IMG/VR virus record: IMGVR_UViG_3300049491_000350
Location: 1 to 64,000 of that record
Direction: 5' to 3' (one strand)
DNA length: 64,000 nt
Source: a virus
Shown here: in pieces, positions 51,401-59,205 of the stretch
How the letters are laid out: the number at the start of each line of letters is the position of its first letter
Position numbering within the stretch: position 1 is the stretch's first letter
The notes under the pieces: model-generated
The model's database searches: none
The model's input: the letters and a program-made list of their open reading frames with translations, nothing else
Told to the model about the DNA's origin: nothing
Translations under genes and position numbers: made by a program

Positions 51401-54400
51401 TATTATAATAAACTTACTGATGCAAGGAAAGCCCAGAGAGAAGCAAAGCGTATAGTTAAGAGCGGCGTGGTTACACAGAATGACATAGCTGTTATTAAAG
51501 AACTAACTGGCATGAATGTGTCTGACGTAACTGATTTGGATAAGTACCTAAGCATACTGAAAGACTTTAACGACAGCAGGGTTGTAAAGACTTCGCCTAT
51601 TCGCCAGTACACTAACGATGCTATATCTGATTTCATTACAACAGAAAAAGACGCACAGCTTGGCAATTACAGGCAGGAGATAAAAGACGAAATGGATGAC
51701 CTTAAATCATCTCTCGATTATACTGTTGCATCTCAAACAGTTTCCATTACTGCGCCAGATGGAGTTGATATTGAAAAAGAAATAAACGGCATTATCGCTT
51801 CCAATGAAATGTCTTTTGGTGAAAAGAGAAAAGCGATTGGCGAAATTGACAATGCTGTTGCTGGCCTGTCATCAAAAATAAGTGAGACCCTTGACGGCAT
51901 CAATACAGATGCCATTGTATTTGACGATATAAGGAACTCTGCTGACGATACAACCTCTCCACAACACGAAGGGCTGATTACTGCGCTTGAAGATGTGATG
52001 GCTGCACAGCAGGCTATAATTGATTTAGACGACACTTCCCTGACAGATGAACAACGGTATAAATTAAAAGTATTGAAAGATGTGGTGCTTGACGGCATGG
52101 ATGCAAATGAGCTTCGTTTGTTTTCCAATGTTCTTAATAATTACATTGACAACAATGACGATAGCGGATTTGATTATATCGAATCAATTTATCTGGCACA
52201 GGAGAGCGTAAGGGAAATGACAGACTACATGCTGGATAACCATATTGTTTTAAAGGACAACGCATACGATGGAAAGGTGCTGGGTAAAACATTTGAATCG
52301 CTGTCAAGCGTGGAGCAGGTGTTCCTTCACATAGCAAACTCTGGTGCAGTGTTCACATCAAAGTTATTTAATTGGGCTGGCGTAAACAAGTTTCAACAGC
52401 AGGCGCAAAAAGCGTACAATCATTATCGTGAACAATTTCAAACACCACTTGAGGAGATATTGAACAGGAACAAAAAGGAAATGGATATACATGCCAATAC
52501 CCGGATGCAGGTGTTCAGCATATTAAACCAGTCTATTCAAAATTCCAGCTTATTGGAAAAGAATAAAGAGTTGCTGAAAAGGATTGATGAAATGTATTCT
52601 GATATTGGCATAAAGCGTCAGGGCAATAATCAGGAAAAGGCCGAAGCTGAAATAGAATACGCACAAGTTGAATCCCTTCGCTTGCTTGTTGCAGACAGGG
52701 CAGGTATTGATTGGGCAGATGCAGACCAGCGCAAGCTGCTTACTAAAGAAATCTTTGATAATTCAACTGGCGAATATTTAGACCCAGCAGAGAAAGAGGT
52801 GTACGCACTGGTTCAGAAATTCTATGGCGATACCAAGCAGACATTCCAGCAGACAATGAACGGATTACTGAATGAGAAGTTTGAGGCTTGGGATAATTAC
52901 AGCCCTGATTCATTCAGGAATCTTAATGGCGGCGTAGTTGCAGTGGATGAGAACTCATGGAAGGGTTCAGCATTTGCTGCTCAACAGAACGGGTACACGC
53001 TTACTGGCGGAGCAACAAACCAGCGTGTCAAGGGAAACAGGGTGCGGCTTGCAAAGGTTGGCGATAACCAGAGGGTGTTCAGGATGGATTATCTTGGCCT
53101 CAATGGTAAGAACATAATGTCTATGCTGCATGACGTGTACACTGCTAAAGAGCGCATGGTTATGTATAACGTATTGAAGTCAGAGGACTTCATCAAAAAC
53201 GTTGGAACATCGAACCATGAGACGATGAAGAAAACAATTACTCGCCACGTAAACAATGAGGTTGGATTACAGAAGCTGGAACAGGATGCGGTTAGTAAGA
53301 ATATAAGGGCTGTTGCAAATGAAGTTGGGCAACTTGCCACCAAGCGTCAGCTATATTCATTCTCTGCATTCGTTAAGCAAAGCATATCCGCATACTCAAA
53401 TACGGCAGTGTACATGGCATTGAACGGCAGCATGGATTCTTTTCTTGAAGGTGTACGTGCTGCGGCAAATGACTTGGATGCAAATGAATTGCTGCATGGC
53501 CAGCAGGTAGGAAGGAGGGGAGAGACAAAGGCAGGCCTCAATATCTTTAATGATTTCAATAAAGAGAAAGAGCTTGCAGCGCAGGATAAAGATAAATCTG
53601 TTTTCAAAAAATACTACGACAAGGTGGTGCATGGTGAAAACAAATACACTGGCGAAAGGGCAAAGCGTATGGGGTACTTCATTGAGAAGGGCGATGTGGT
53701 TGCCGCCAGAGGTTCTTGGCTTGCCTATTACGCACAACACCTTGTTAAGAATGGCGTGGTTACAAACGCTTCTGATATTGATTGGGCTAACGAGAACCAG
53801 AACCCTAATCAGGAGGCTGTGTCATACGCACAGATAATGACCAGTAATGCAATGAACGTAAATGCAAACTCATCACGCAGCGAATTTCAGCAAAGCACTT
53901 CTGGTGGTCTGGTGTTTGTTAAGGCGATGCTTGCTGCATTCAGTTCATTCCAATTTAATAAAAGCGTCAGCCTGTTCAACAACTTGCGCTCCCTATCTAA
54001 AGGAAGCTATGCCACTATTCTTGATTCTAATGGGCAGGAGCAAATCATTAAGGCATCGGAAGAACAGCGCAAAGATGAAATCAATACATCTTACAAAACA
54101 TTACTGGCATCGCTATCCGAAGAAATGATTTTCAATGCAGCGAAGCTGGGCATAGGGTACACGCTGTATAAAACAATTCCATTCCTGCTTGGCTCACTGT
54201 TTGGAGGAGACGATGATGAAACAAAAAAGAGAAAGAAAATAATCAGCCAAGAAGGGGAGCAATCTTATTGGGATAACGCAGGCATTAAATGGTGGACAAA
54301 TGTATTCAATGGGTTTGCGTTATCAATAATACCAGACATCGCACAGAAGCAATTGAACTCCGGGGTTAACGAAATCGCTAAGGCTTCTGGCGGAGATAAA

Positions 54401-54961
54401 ATATTTTACGAACCGAAACAAAAAAGCGGACAGTCATCACTAATGGGTTCATTTCAGGCAGCAGCACAAGATGTGCCAGAGGACGTATCGAGGCTGTACG
54501 AATATTTATTTAAGCACACAGCCAGCGATGGAAGCCCTGTTACTGTGTCAAGCAAAGACAAAGGGATGGCATTGCTGGGCTTATTGAGCGATGGTGCAGG
54601 CTTTACTGGATATGGAGACGCAGACCTTAACAGGGTGCTACATGCCCACATCAAACAGGCGCAGGTAGATAACGATGCAAATTTCAAGAAGCCTTATACT
54701 ATCCTTATGAACGACCCGGACAAGGGGCGTGTGGTAACAGTGAACAAAGAGAAGATAGAATTGACTGATGACCAGACCGATTTCTTTAATGATAAAAGGA
54801 AGGAGTATTTTGACAAGATGCCTAAGACTGTCATAGACGCAATGGATAAAAACGAGACCGTTAAGCAACGAATGAATACAGCCGCCACTACGTTTGCGAA
54901 AGCTGCAACCATGCTCAAGTATGGGGAGCAGATACGGGAAGCCATAAAGAAAGCGAAGTAA
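45449..54961 (+). CDS. Giant ejection/polyvalent protein with zincin-like motifs
   Basis: 3170 aa; duplicated DFMKS.GVEGLP N-terminus, Gly/Ala segment, FRGVHDFFGH domain (about 49220), AHELIH (about 49862), long coiled coils. Confidence 0.75.
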   Translation: MDEKLQSIYDFMKSQGVEGLPEFQQFKTDFAANPETQRSTLDFMKSKGVEGLPDIGQFSNDIGVKKKDGGTDLSNGDSMEGTQKDTATSGSEESGSNTFDFYKAIDPMGFMRGGLELDYDGVKIPVTSFDIPQPPDSRPYPERLGQFDTGEYNKAFVGEIQNYLTDDKYIGSPERQKAQEYVQNIRLKNAYRNDAFSFSDVSMAEAQRFADRYGVELGTELNGDYFQKVKALKDKVNADTKEQYTEHRVQGRSDLPYEVFNDNGYKNDADNNTINNLFERLSSKMADRGTADDAKDVVVQYADQRTIFEKGMDYASPVYGAASSAVNNALLFGSKKIDANFITGLNQRKLADPVEYARIAKQIANGEPVASNDYFRLTNVGLSINNSDNLEGLSTGKQTIEDFISNHRGIMQQSSDLLLNTKDVLKSAIADELGSRLDEKAEKESLLGNNVTGSYMYSDEEINAALPAALQSIGVNKDDPRVVDAINSIKGDEGWMVGMNGVKKGGLVRELFKGAAQPFRGIAAWGDSFGKPLSQEYNEAKNQQLSTYTEQRPESMKGTVLNTLSDAVYGLGQFASQAGLAYAGGEIVGGIGALAGGVGEAGAAAATETAAARGALSGLDAAAESIAADAVSAGSKIGNYLLRNREAISTFATGYLQSYDSNLKTTLQMTEDDASAKLGAQFLAAMEGASELILPDVKLGREIIGGFKKEAIPGLLKNISENILKKGVDKNAWAKVGEYAGKRLLSAAATTGQEIAEEEITQLANYATNVVLNPKQAGNRDLGDELFKTAVSTAVSMSIPAFLRSGGGNHNTGLDNNKAALVLASANLTTIQDYINTAVSKGMMNPDEASAKMQIVNTAHSIASQMPANKNDGTKMNITERAEYLYSRTKEAALADAITKTTDDVLKERYKKEIAEEQALRKGLIEKTETRFDGKYLSDKERNIFVNKQSELARIDTRLAENPDDKTLVRQRNSLRSDIYRIRDGNYFGAVNNISRRMGVQYNGMERDEYNRVVEPAANNAGRFSTFNIKDGDEIVLPNNEKMTVVSADENRIVMDDGSGKNDLIFDGKSEFENVFIPTFFSGNKQFAQLNPTIHAQAVQFRKKLLNEPNADVHNIAVNYVRNNGIANDIDTRPVTSLNEKESADRAKRFEQVVHAPKEKATIDSYEALKKETLAQWNAITDAGYNLELWSGKGEPYSSSKAMTDDVRENKHLWILPTLNEFGSNEDFDASENPLLEKTGMVASGMELTYNDVFRGVHDFFGHAHIGNQFGAIGEENAWRSHSQMYSPLARKAMTMETRMQNSWVNFSGENVAALNLFKEAATLEKQSKDKSGNIIDRDKYEQSIALKKEAQLKFKFADQKVAVASDEDVQMRGAYDNVQEGLDQPSSITQYKKGETVSLADLQNEWPVTNEGMVDMFQWGKSQDVQIGFRAMRQTDGIAFYNPLSDEIYFNVSHPEFKSLTVADTQEFLAHELIHKAAHYSFENNPELAGEFNKDAGKVIAFLKQQDITKLDATTQKYISFMLEDNADPQELITYGMTNPYIAQWFASLEYNASEQGQKSGSVWQWMKEKILRFVSNIVKGKSVLDETARLLDKYVKFGLQTRMSEREQLHSQILEQLNNSTVPDTMKIGIRSAPAEDVINFIYEQATNTTNADGQLYSGREALEQQFGKELVDRVVDYKQREISAPLAANKPLEGKPERLDNESAFDYAKRVREWYNKARQDKELDSKDRRKAQVESIEERDYLAHIRDGVALLKINAGISIEDFNKQLNIPADNLETYIASLQQLTEDKEDAAANKNAKAVLDALRQQYPERVTMTEVELLRKQYNAYNNGYRKAMNTARKNLSKATKEFNENYKLLKAYKNAERQQMAADLKGKSAAERNELIKKKNEERRQKVLALKDKMEQAKKDYEQKVADIKDRNKYFRDKVADILTDLYKSGALKGVTFTEQELLQLAATAGNVYTNKTFKKLQQVIDKLINKADYYNKLTDARKAQREAKRIVKSGVVTQNDIAVIKELTGMNVSDVTDLDKYLSILKDFNDSRVVKTSPIRQYTNDAISDFITTEKDAQLGNYRQEIKDEMDDLKSSLDYTVASQTVSITAPDGVDIEKEINGIIASNEMSFGEKRKAIGEIDNAVAGLSSKISETLDGINTDAIVFDDIRNSADDTTSPQHEGLITALEDVMAAQQAIIDLDDTSLTDEQRYKLKVLKDVVLDGMDANELRLFSNVLNNYIDNNDDSGFDYIESIYLAQESVREMTDYMLDNHIVLKDNAYDGKVLGKTFESLSSVEQVFLHIANSGAVFTSKLFNWAGVNKFQQQAQKAYNHYREQFQTPLEEILNRNKKEMDIHANTRMQVFSILNQSIQNSSLLEKNKELLKRIDEMYSDIGIKRQGNNQEKAEAEIEYAQVESLRLLVADRAGIDWADADQRKLLTKEIFDNSTGEYLDPAEKEVYALVQKFYGDTKQTFQQTMNGLLNEKFEAWDNYSPDSFRNLNGGVVAVDENSWKGSAFAAQQNGYTLTGGATNQRVKGNRVRLAKVGDNQRVFRMDYLGLNGKNIMSMLHDVYTAKERMVMYNVLKSEDFIKNVGTSNHETMKKTITRHVNNEVGLQKLEQDAVSKNIRAVANEVGQLATKRQLYSFSAFVKQSISAYSNTAVYMALNGSMDSFLEGVRAAANDLDANELLHGQQVGRRGETKAGLNIFNDFNKEKELAAQDKDKSVFKKYYDKVVHGENKYTGERAKRMGYFIEKGDVVAARGSWLAYYAQHLVKNGVVTNASDIDWANENQNPNQEAVSYAQIMTSNAMNVNANSSRSEFQQSTSGGLVFVKAMLAAFSSFQFNKSVSLFNNLRSLSKGSYATILDSNGQEQIIKASEEQRKDEINTSYKTLLASLSEEMIFNAAKLGIGYTLYKTIPFLLGSLFGGDDDETKKRKKIISQEGEQSYWDNAGIKWWTNVFNGFALSIIPDIAQKQLNSGVNEIAKASGGDKIFYEPKQKSGQSSLMGSFQAAAQDVPEDVSRLYEYLFKHTASDGSPVTVSSKDKGMALLGLLSDGAGFTGYGDADLNRVLHAHIKQAQVDNDANFKKPYTILMNDPDKGRVVTVNKEKIELTDDQTDFFNDKRKEYFDKMPKTVIDAMDKNETVKQRMNTAATTFAKAATMLKYGEQIREAIKKAK

Positions 54962-54991
54962 ATTATAAATGAAATCATTTATAATTCCGAG

Positions 54992-55024
54992 AAGCCTGCT
55001 TGTATTAACTACGGCAGGCTTTTA
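54992..55024 (+). terminator. Intrinsic terminator
   Basis: AAGCCTGC...GCAGGCTT followed by a T-rich tail. Confidence 0.7.
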
Positions 55025-55051
55025 TTTTGCATTAAAATAAAATATTTTATT

Positions 55052-55525
55052 ATGGCAGACATTACAAAAGGGGCGAAGATATTGGGTATCGCCTCAAAAG
55101 AAGTTGGATATACTGAAATCCCTGCTAACACTAACAAGACAAAATACGGAAAGTGGTTTGGCTTTGATGGTGTTGCATGGTGCGGCATATTCGTTAGCTG
55201 GTGTTATTTCATGGCTGGATTCCCGTTGCCTAATATCGGGTTTTCAAAAGGCTATGCAGGATGCCAGACTGCGGTTGCTTTCTTTAGAAAGAAAGGCTGG
55301 ATTGTAACAGACCCACAGGAGGGCGACATTGTTTTCTTTGACTGGAATAACGATGGCAGGTATGACCACACAGGATTGTTTAAAAAACGACTGGATGAAA
55401 GCCATTTCTCAACCTACGAAGGCAACACTTCCTTGACTAACCAGAGCAATGGCGGTCAGGTCATGGAAAGAAAAAGAACGTTTGGCGCAGGCGTGGTATT
55501 TGTCCGCATACCTAATTCAAAATAA
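55052..55525 (+). CDS. CHAP-domain endolysin
   Basis: TKYGKWFG...AWCGIFVSW, PQEGDIVFFDW, DHTG, EGNTS. Confidence 0.9.
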   Translation: MADITKGAKILGIASKEVGYTEIPANTNKTKYGKWFGFDGVAWCGIFVSWCYFMAGFPLPNIGFSKGYAGCQTAVAFFRKKGWIVTDPQEGDIVFFDWNNDGRYDHTGLFKKRLDESHFSTYEGNTSLTNQSNGGQVMERKRTFGAGVVFVRIPNSK

Positions 55526-55538
55526 TCCCTTTAAATAA

Positions 55539-55841
55539 ATGGCAATGAAACTGAAAACATTTGAGTACACGATTCTTGACGGAGAATTACTGCCATGTTC
55601 TAAAGAGATTGTAATAGACCTTGATAAAACAGATATAGTAGGCATCAGGAAAGGGAGCGTATTGAGCGGCGTTCAGTACATAGAAAAGACTGCACTGTTT
55701 ATTGTGTTCAATGACCATTCATACGGCAACGAAGCAATTAATACCTCTGACTTTATTGACACATCAAACCAATGCTGCGGTGCTAAAGATGCAGGGTCTC
55801 AAGATTTTGACGACACCGACTTTAATGACGATTTTAATTAA
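55539..55841 (+). CDS. Small protein with acidic DFxxDF C-terminus (candidate fibre adaptor)
   Basis: Ends NQCCG...DFDDTDFNDDFN. Confidence 0.55.
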   Translation: MAMKLKTFEYTILDGELLPCSKEIVIDLDKTDIVGIRKGSVLSGVQYIEKTALFIVFNDHSYGNEAINTSDFIDTSNQCCGAKDAGSQDFDDTDFNDDFN

Positions 55842-55863
55842 CGAATTAACAAACAAAAAAACG

Positions 55864-57030
55864 ATGAAACAGATTCTAATTGCAACACTTATTTTAACAA
55901 GCGTATTTTCTTTTGGGCAAACCCCAACGGCTACACTAAATGATGCAAAGACTTATATCAATGCTAATATAAAAAGCAATGGGCTTAACAGTATCACTGG
56001 CGCAAAGCTCAATACAGCTATGACTAAGTTGAGCAACGCTGTAATGGGTACTGTTGATTCTCTTGGTACGGAGGTTAAAGCTGTTGGCATAGACGTTAGC
56101 TCTATATCCTCAACTGTTAGTACGCATACGGGGCAGATTTCAACTATCAACGGACAAATCTCTACAATCAATTCTTCAATAGCATCACTTATTCCACTGC
56201 CATCGCAGTCCGGGCAGAGCGGAAAGTACCTTTCAACTGATGGAAGTAATTTGAGTTGGCAGGCTGCAAGTGGCGGCGTTCCATACACAGGAGCGACAGG
56301 CGATGTGAATTTAGGCAGCAATAATTTTACTGCCGCAATTGGAACTTTTAATAATTTCATCAACACTTCCGGCGGCATTATCGTAGGAAATAACTTTAAT
56401 ATAATCCCTGACGGAGGAGGGCTTATGAGATGGGCAACTGGCAGTGGTGCTATAGTTCAAAATTTTAGTGGGGTTGGCTTCCCTACAAAAACAGTTACAT
56501 GGCAAAACCAAAGCGGTACGGTTGCGGTAGTAGGAACAACAGTAAATACATTCCTTAATACTCCTACCAGTGCGAATCTATTAGCTGCGCTTACGACAAA
56601 GACAGGAACAGGCAACGCTGTGTTCGGTACGCTTCCAACTCTTGCAGGCTTCAATACTCCGCAGGCAGGAACAACGGCAACTGATGGATGGAATTTGGGT
56701 ACAGGGCAAGCAATATTTAGAAGCACCGCTACAGCTATTACTATTACAGGCTCAAAACTGATGTTTGATTTTACAAATACAACGGCAGGTACTACTGGCA
56801 ATCAAACAATTAATAAGCCAAGCGGCAGTGTAAATATTGCTACTGGCGGTTCTTCTATAACTGTTACTAATAGCTTAGTTAATGCTGCATCAAAAGTGTT
56901 CGCAACTATTGCAACCACAGGCATGACAATTTCGGTGGCAAGCATTTCTAAAAATTCAGGTTCTTTTACAGTTACCCTGACAGGGGTAACGAGTTCGGAG
57001 ACTATCATTGATTTTTTTGTCATCAATTAA
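55864..57030 (+). CDS. Tail-fibre-like protein with signal peptide
   Basis: MKQILIATLILTSVFSFG|Q; coiled coil; LPSQSGQSGKYLSTDG, VPYTGATGDVNLG, FLNTPTSANLLAALT..TGTG fibre motifs. Confidence 0.7.
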   Translation: MKQILIATLILTSVFSFGQTPTATLNDAKTYINANIKSNGLNSITGAKLNTAMTKLSNAVMGTVDSLGTEVKAVGIDVSSISSTVSTHTGQISTINGQISTINSSIASLIPLPSQSGQSGKYLSTDGSNLSWQAASGGVPYTGATGDVNLGSNNFTAAIGTFNNFINTSGGIIVGNNFNIIPDGGGLMRWATGSGAIVQNFSGVGFPTKTVTWQNQSGTVAVVGTTVNTFLNTPTSANLLAALTTKTGTGNAVFGTLPTLAGFNTPQAGTTATDGWNLGTGQAIFRSTATAITITGSKLMFDFTNTTAGTTGNQTINKPSGSVNIATGGSSITVTNSLVNAASKVFATIATTGMTISVASISKNSGSFTVTLTGVTSSETIIDFFVIN

Positions 57031-57058
57031 AATATTTTAAAATTTAAACAAACGCAAA

Positions 57059-57772
57059 ATGAAAACAGTAAAGTTTCAACAGACAACAGTTATCACCGAC
57101 AATGAAACAGGTGAAGAAATTTCAAGAGATGTAGTTGAGCGTTGCTATGACGTTCATGTTCAAATGAACAAGGCTAATACAATGCCTTACGCCAAACTTG
57201 TATCCATTGCCTGCAACAATGCTGGTGAAGGAGGCGGCAATAACAATGAGCCACCAAATGACAATGGCGGCGGCAACAACAACCCTCCTCCTGATGCACC
57301 ATTGCCAGCCATAGAGCTTGCTTATGAGTTTGTGCTTGACCCGGCATGTGATTACACAAACAGGTTTCCAAATTTAAGGGTGGGCAATGCTATCCCAATC
57401 AGCAATGCTTCTGGCAACGGACTTGAGTGGACACCAGATGGCAGGTACACAGGTTTATTAAGTGCTGGTGCGACAGAAAATACAACAGACCAAGAAGGCC
57501 TGACTGGTACTAAAACAATCGAGAGGGTTGACGACCCTAACGCTTATGTTGCTGTTTTGATGTCGCCAAAAAGGTTTGTTAACCAGTACGACCCGAATGC
57601 TTTGGACGGCCGCACACCTGTTGGGAATGCTGATTACAGGCCTGTTGAAATACTCGAAGATGGCGTGTTGGCAACAGACTGGACTTATATAGAGGAAGGT
57701 AACAATGTTGTTTACTGGAAAAAATTTCCTAATGACATTGTTAGCATCCCATCATTAACATTCAATGTTTAA
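57059..57772 (+). CDS. Hypothetical structural protein
   Basis: Short N-domain, G/N/P linker, beta-rich C-domain; no signal peptide. Confidence 0.55.
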   Translation: MKTVKFQQTTVITDNETGEEISRDVVERCYDVHVQMNKANTMPYAKLVSIACNNAGEGGGNNNEPPNDNGGGNNNPPPDAPLPAIELAYEFVLDPACDYTNRFPNLRVGNAIPISNASGNGLEWTPDGRYTGLLSAGATENTTDQEGLTGTKTIERVDDPNAYVAVLMSPKRFVNQYDPNALDGRTPVGNADYRPVEILEDGVLATDWTYIEEGNNVVYWKKFPNDIVSIPSLTFNV

Positions 57773-57778
57773 TTGATT

Positions 57779-59170
57779 ATGAAAAAGTTAAAATGTTTTA
57801 TTTCAGCAGTGCTGCTCTTATTGAGCAGCACCTGCTTTTCACAAACTCCAACGGAGCTTATTGATTCGATGGAACGGCAGGTGAATAACGACATCGTATT
57901 TAATACCACTGGTGCAATTACATCTGCCAAAGTAAACCTTGCCTTTGCAAATGTCGCAAGGGCATTAAGGGCTTTAAGGGATACCAGTAACGGCGTAACC
58001 TATCCTATTGGCGTGGATGAAAACGGCGACCTGTTTATATATCAAAGCTGGGTTGATAGCCTCTTTGCTGATGCGAACCCGGCAACTAACACAGGCATTG
58101 TACAGTTCTCTGGTTTGTATCTTGGCAACGATACTTTGTACGCTAATATGGCCTCGCCATTGATATACAAAATTAATGGCAGCACATTCATCCGTTCAAC
58201 AGAATGGAACACGGTTGTAACCGGGGCATCCCCAAGCCATTACAGGACAGATATTATTTACATCAATGCGCTTGAGGAAATAGTTTACGAGGCTGGCGTA
58301 GAGAATACTGATGCTGGGCTTGCGGTTGCGCCTACACCGCCATCTGATGTCGTAGTGCTTGGTTACATGAGTGTGTTTGAGGAATCGCTGCTTGTTATTC
58401 CTGTTCCCCCATTGTACCAGCGAAATGGAGTTTTGTATGTTGATGGCAATGCTAATGTTGTAACAGACAGTACAGATTTTACTTATCAAAACACCTCTAC
58501 ATTTTCTGACTTAGAGATAGGAAAGAAATTTGCTTTTTCAAATCAGACAAGGTTTGGGTTGCATGGCGGAAGGGCAAAGATAATTGGCTCTGCATTTGGG
58601 ATGCAGATAAATGTTGGTAGCGGAGAGAGTGGTGTGCCAGACCCATCGAAGCATATTGTATTTGGCAACAGGGGTACAGTCTTTGGTGAATTTGGTTGCT
58701 CTGTTAACGCAGCACCATTTTATAACTGGTTCAAGTTAACAGATACTGCCACCGTTTTTGCTTTAAAGAAAAAAGATGTTGTTACAGACTTGGCAACAGC
58801 AGATGCGGTGTGGCACAATGATACTTTAAAGTCAAGGCCAATAACCTATCACAAATGGGTAGGGCTTGTATCGCAGACAGGTACTGCTGACCCGGTAGCT
58901 ATCACTTTAGAGAATACATTCCCGGCAGGCTTTGAGCCGCAATGGCATAGGGTAGGGCTGGGCAATTACGATGCAACAAACCTGTCAGGAGTAGCAGCTA
59001 AGAGGGTGGTATTTGTATCGCCGCTTGAATCAGGCAATCGTGTGTCTGTTTACAATCAGGTAAACAATAAGGTAATATTCTCTACGTGGACAGAGGCAAG
59101 CAGCTACGCAACAACGTGGTCTGACGGGCTGCTTACCAATTGGAGCGTAACCATAATACAATACTTCTAA
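57779..59170 (+). CDS. Tail-fibre-like protein with signal peptide
   Basis: MKKLKCFISAVLLLLSSTCFS|Q; N-domain similar to 55864; RTDIIY...P.PP; SQTGTADP...LENT...W.RVGLGNY C-domain. Confidence 0.7.
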   Translation: MKKLKCFISAVLLLLSSTCFSQTPTELIDSMERQVNNDIVFNTTGAITSAKVNLAFANVARALRALRDTSNGVTYPIGVDENGDLFIYQSWVDSLFADANPATNTGIVQFSGLYLGNDTLYANMASPLIYKINGSTFIRSTEWNTVVTGASPSHYRTDIIYINALEEIVYEAGVENTDAGLAVAPTPPSDVVVLGYMSVFEESLLVIPVPPLYQRNGVLYVDGNANVVTDSTDFTYQNTSTFSDLEIGKKFAFSNQTRFGLHGGRAKIIGSAFGMQINVGSGESGVPDPSKHIVFGNRGTVFGEFGCSVNAAPFYNWFKLTDTATVFALKKKDVVTDLATADAVWHNDTLKSRPITYHKWVGLVSQTGTADPVAITLENTFPAGFEPQWHRVGLGNYDATNLSGVAAKRVVFVSPLESGNRVSVYNQVNNKVIFSTWTEASSYATTWSDGLLTNWSVTIIQYF

Positions 59171-59205
59171 AATATTTTATAATCAAACAAAAAAGGAGAA
59201 TTTTT

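Noticed and set aside
45449-54961. Giant protein as a crAss-type virion RNA polymerase
   Set aside because: No DFDID/DxDGD catalytic motif found on reading the translation
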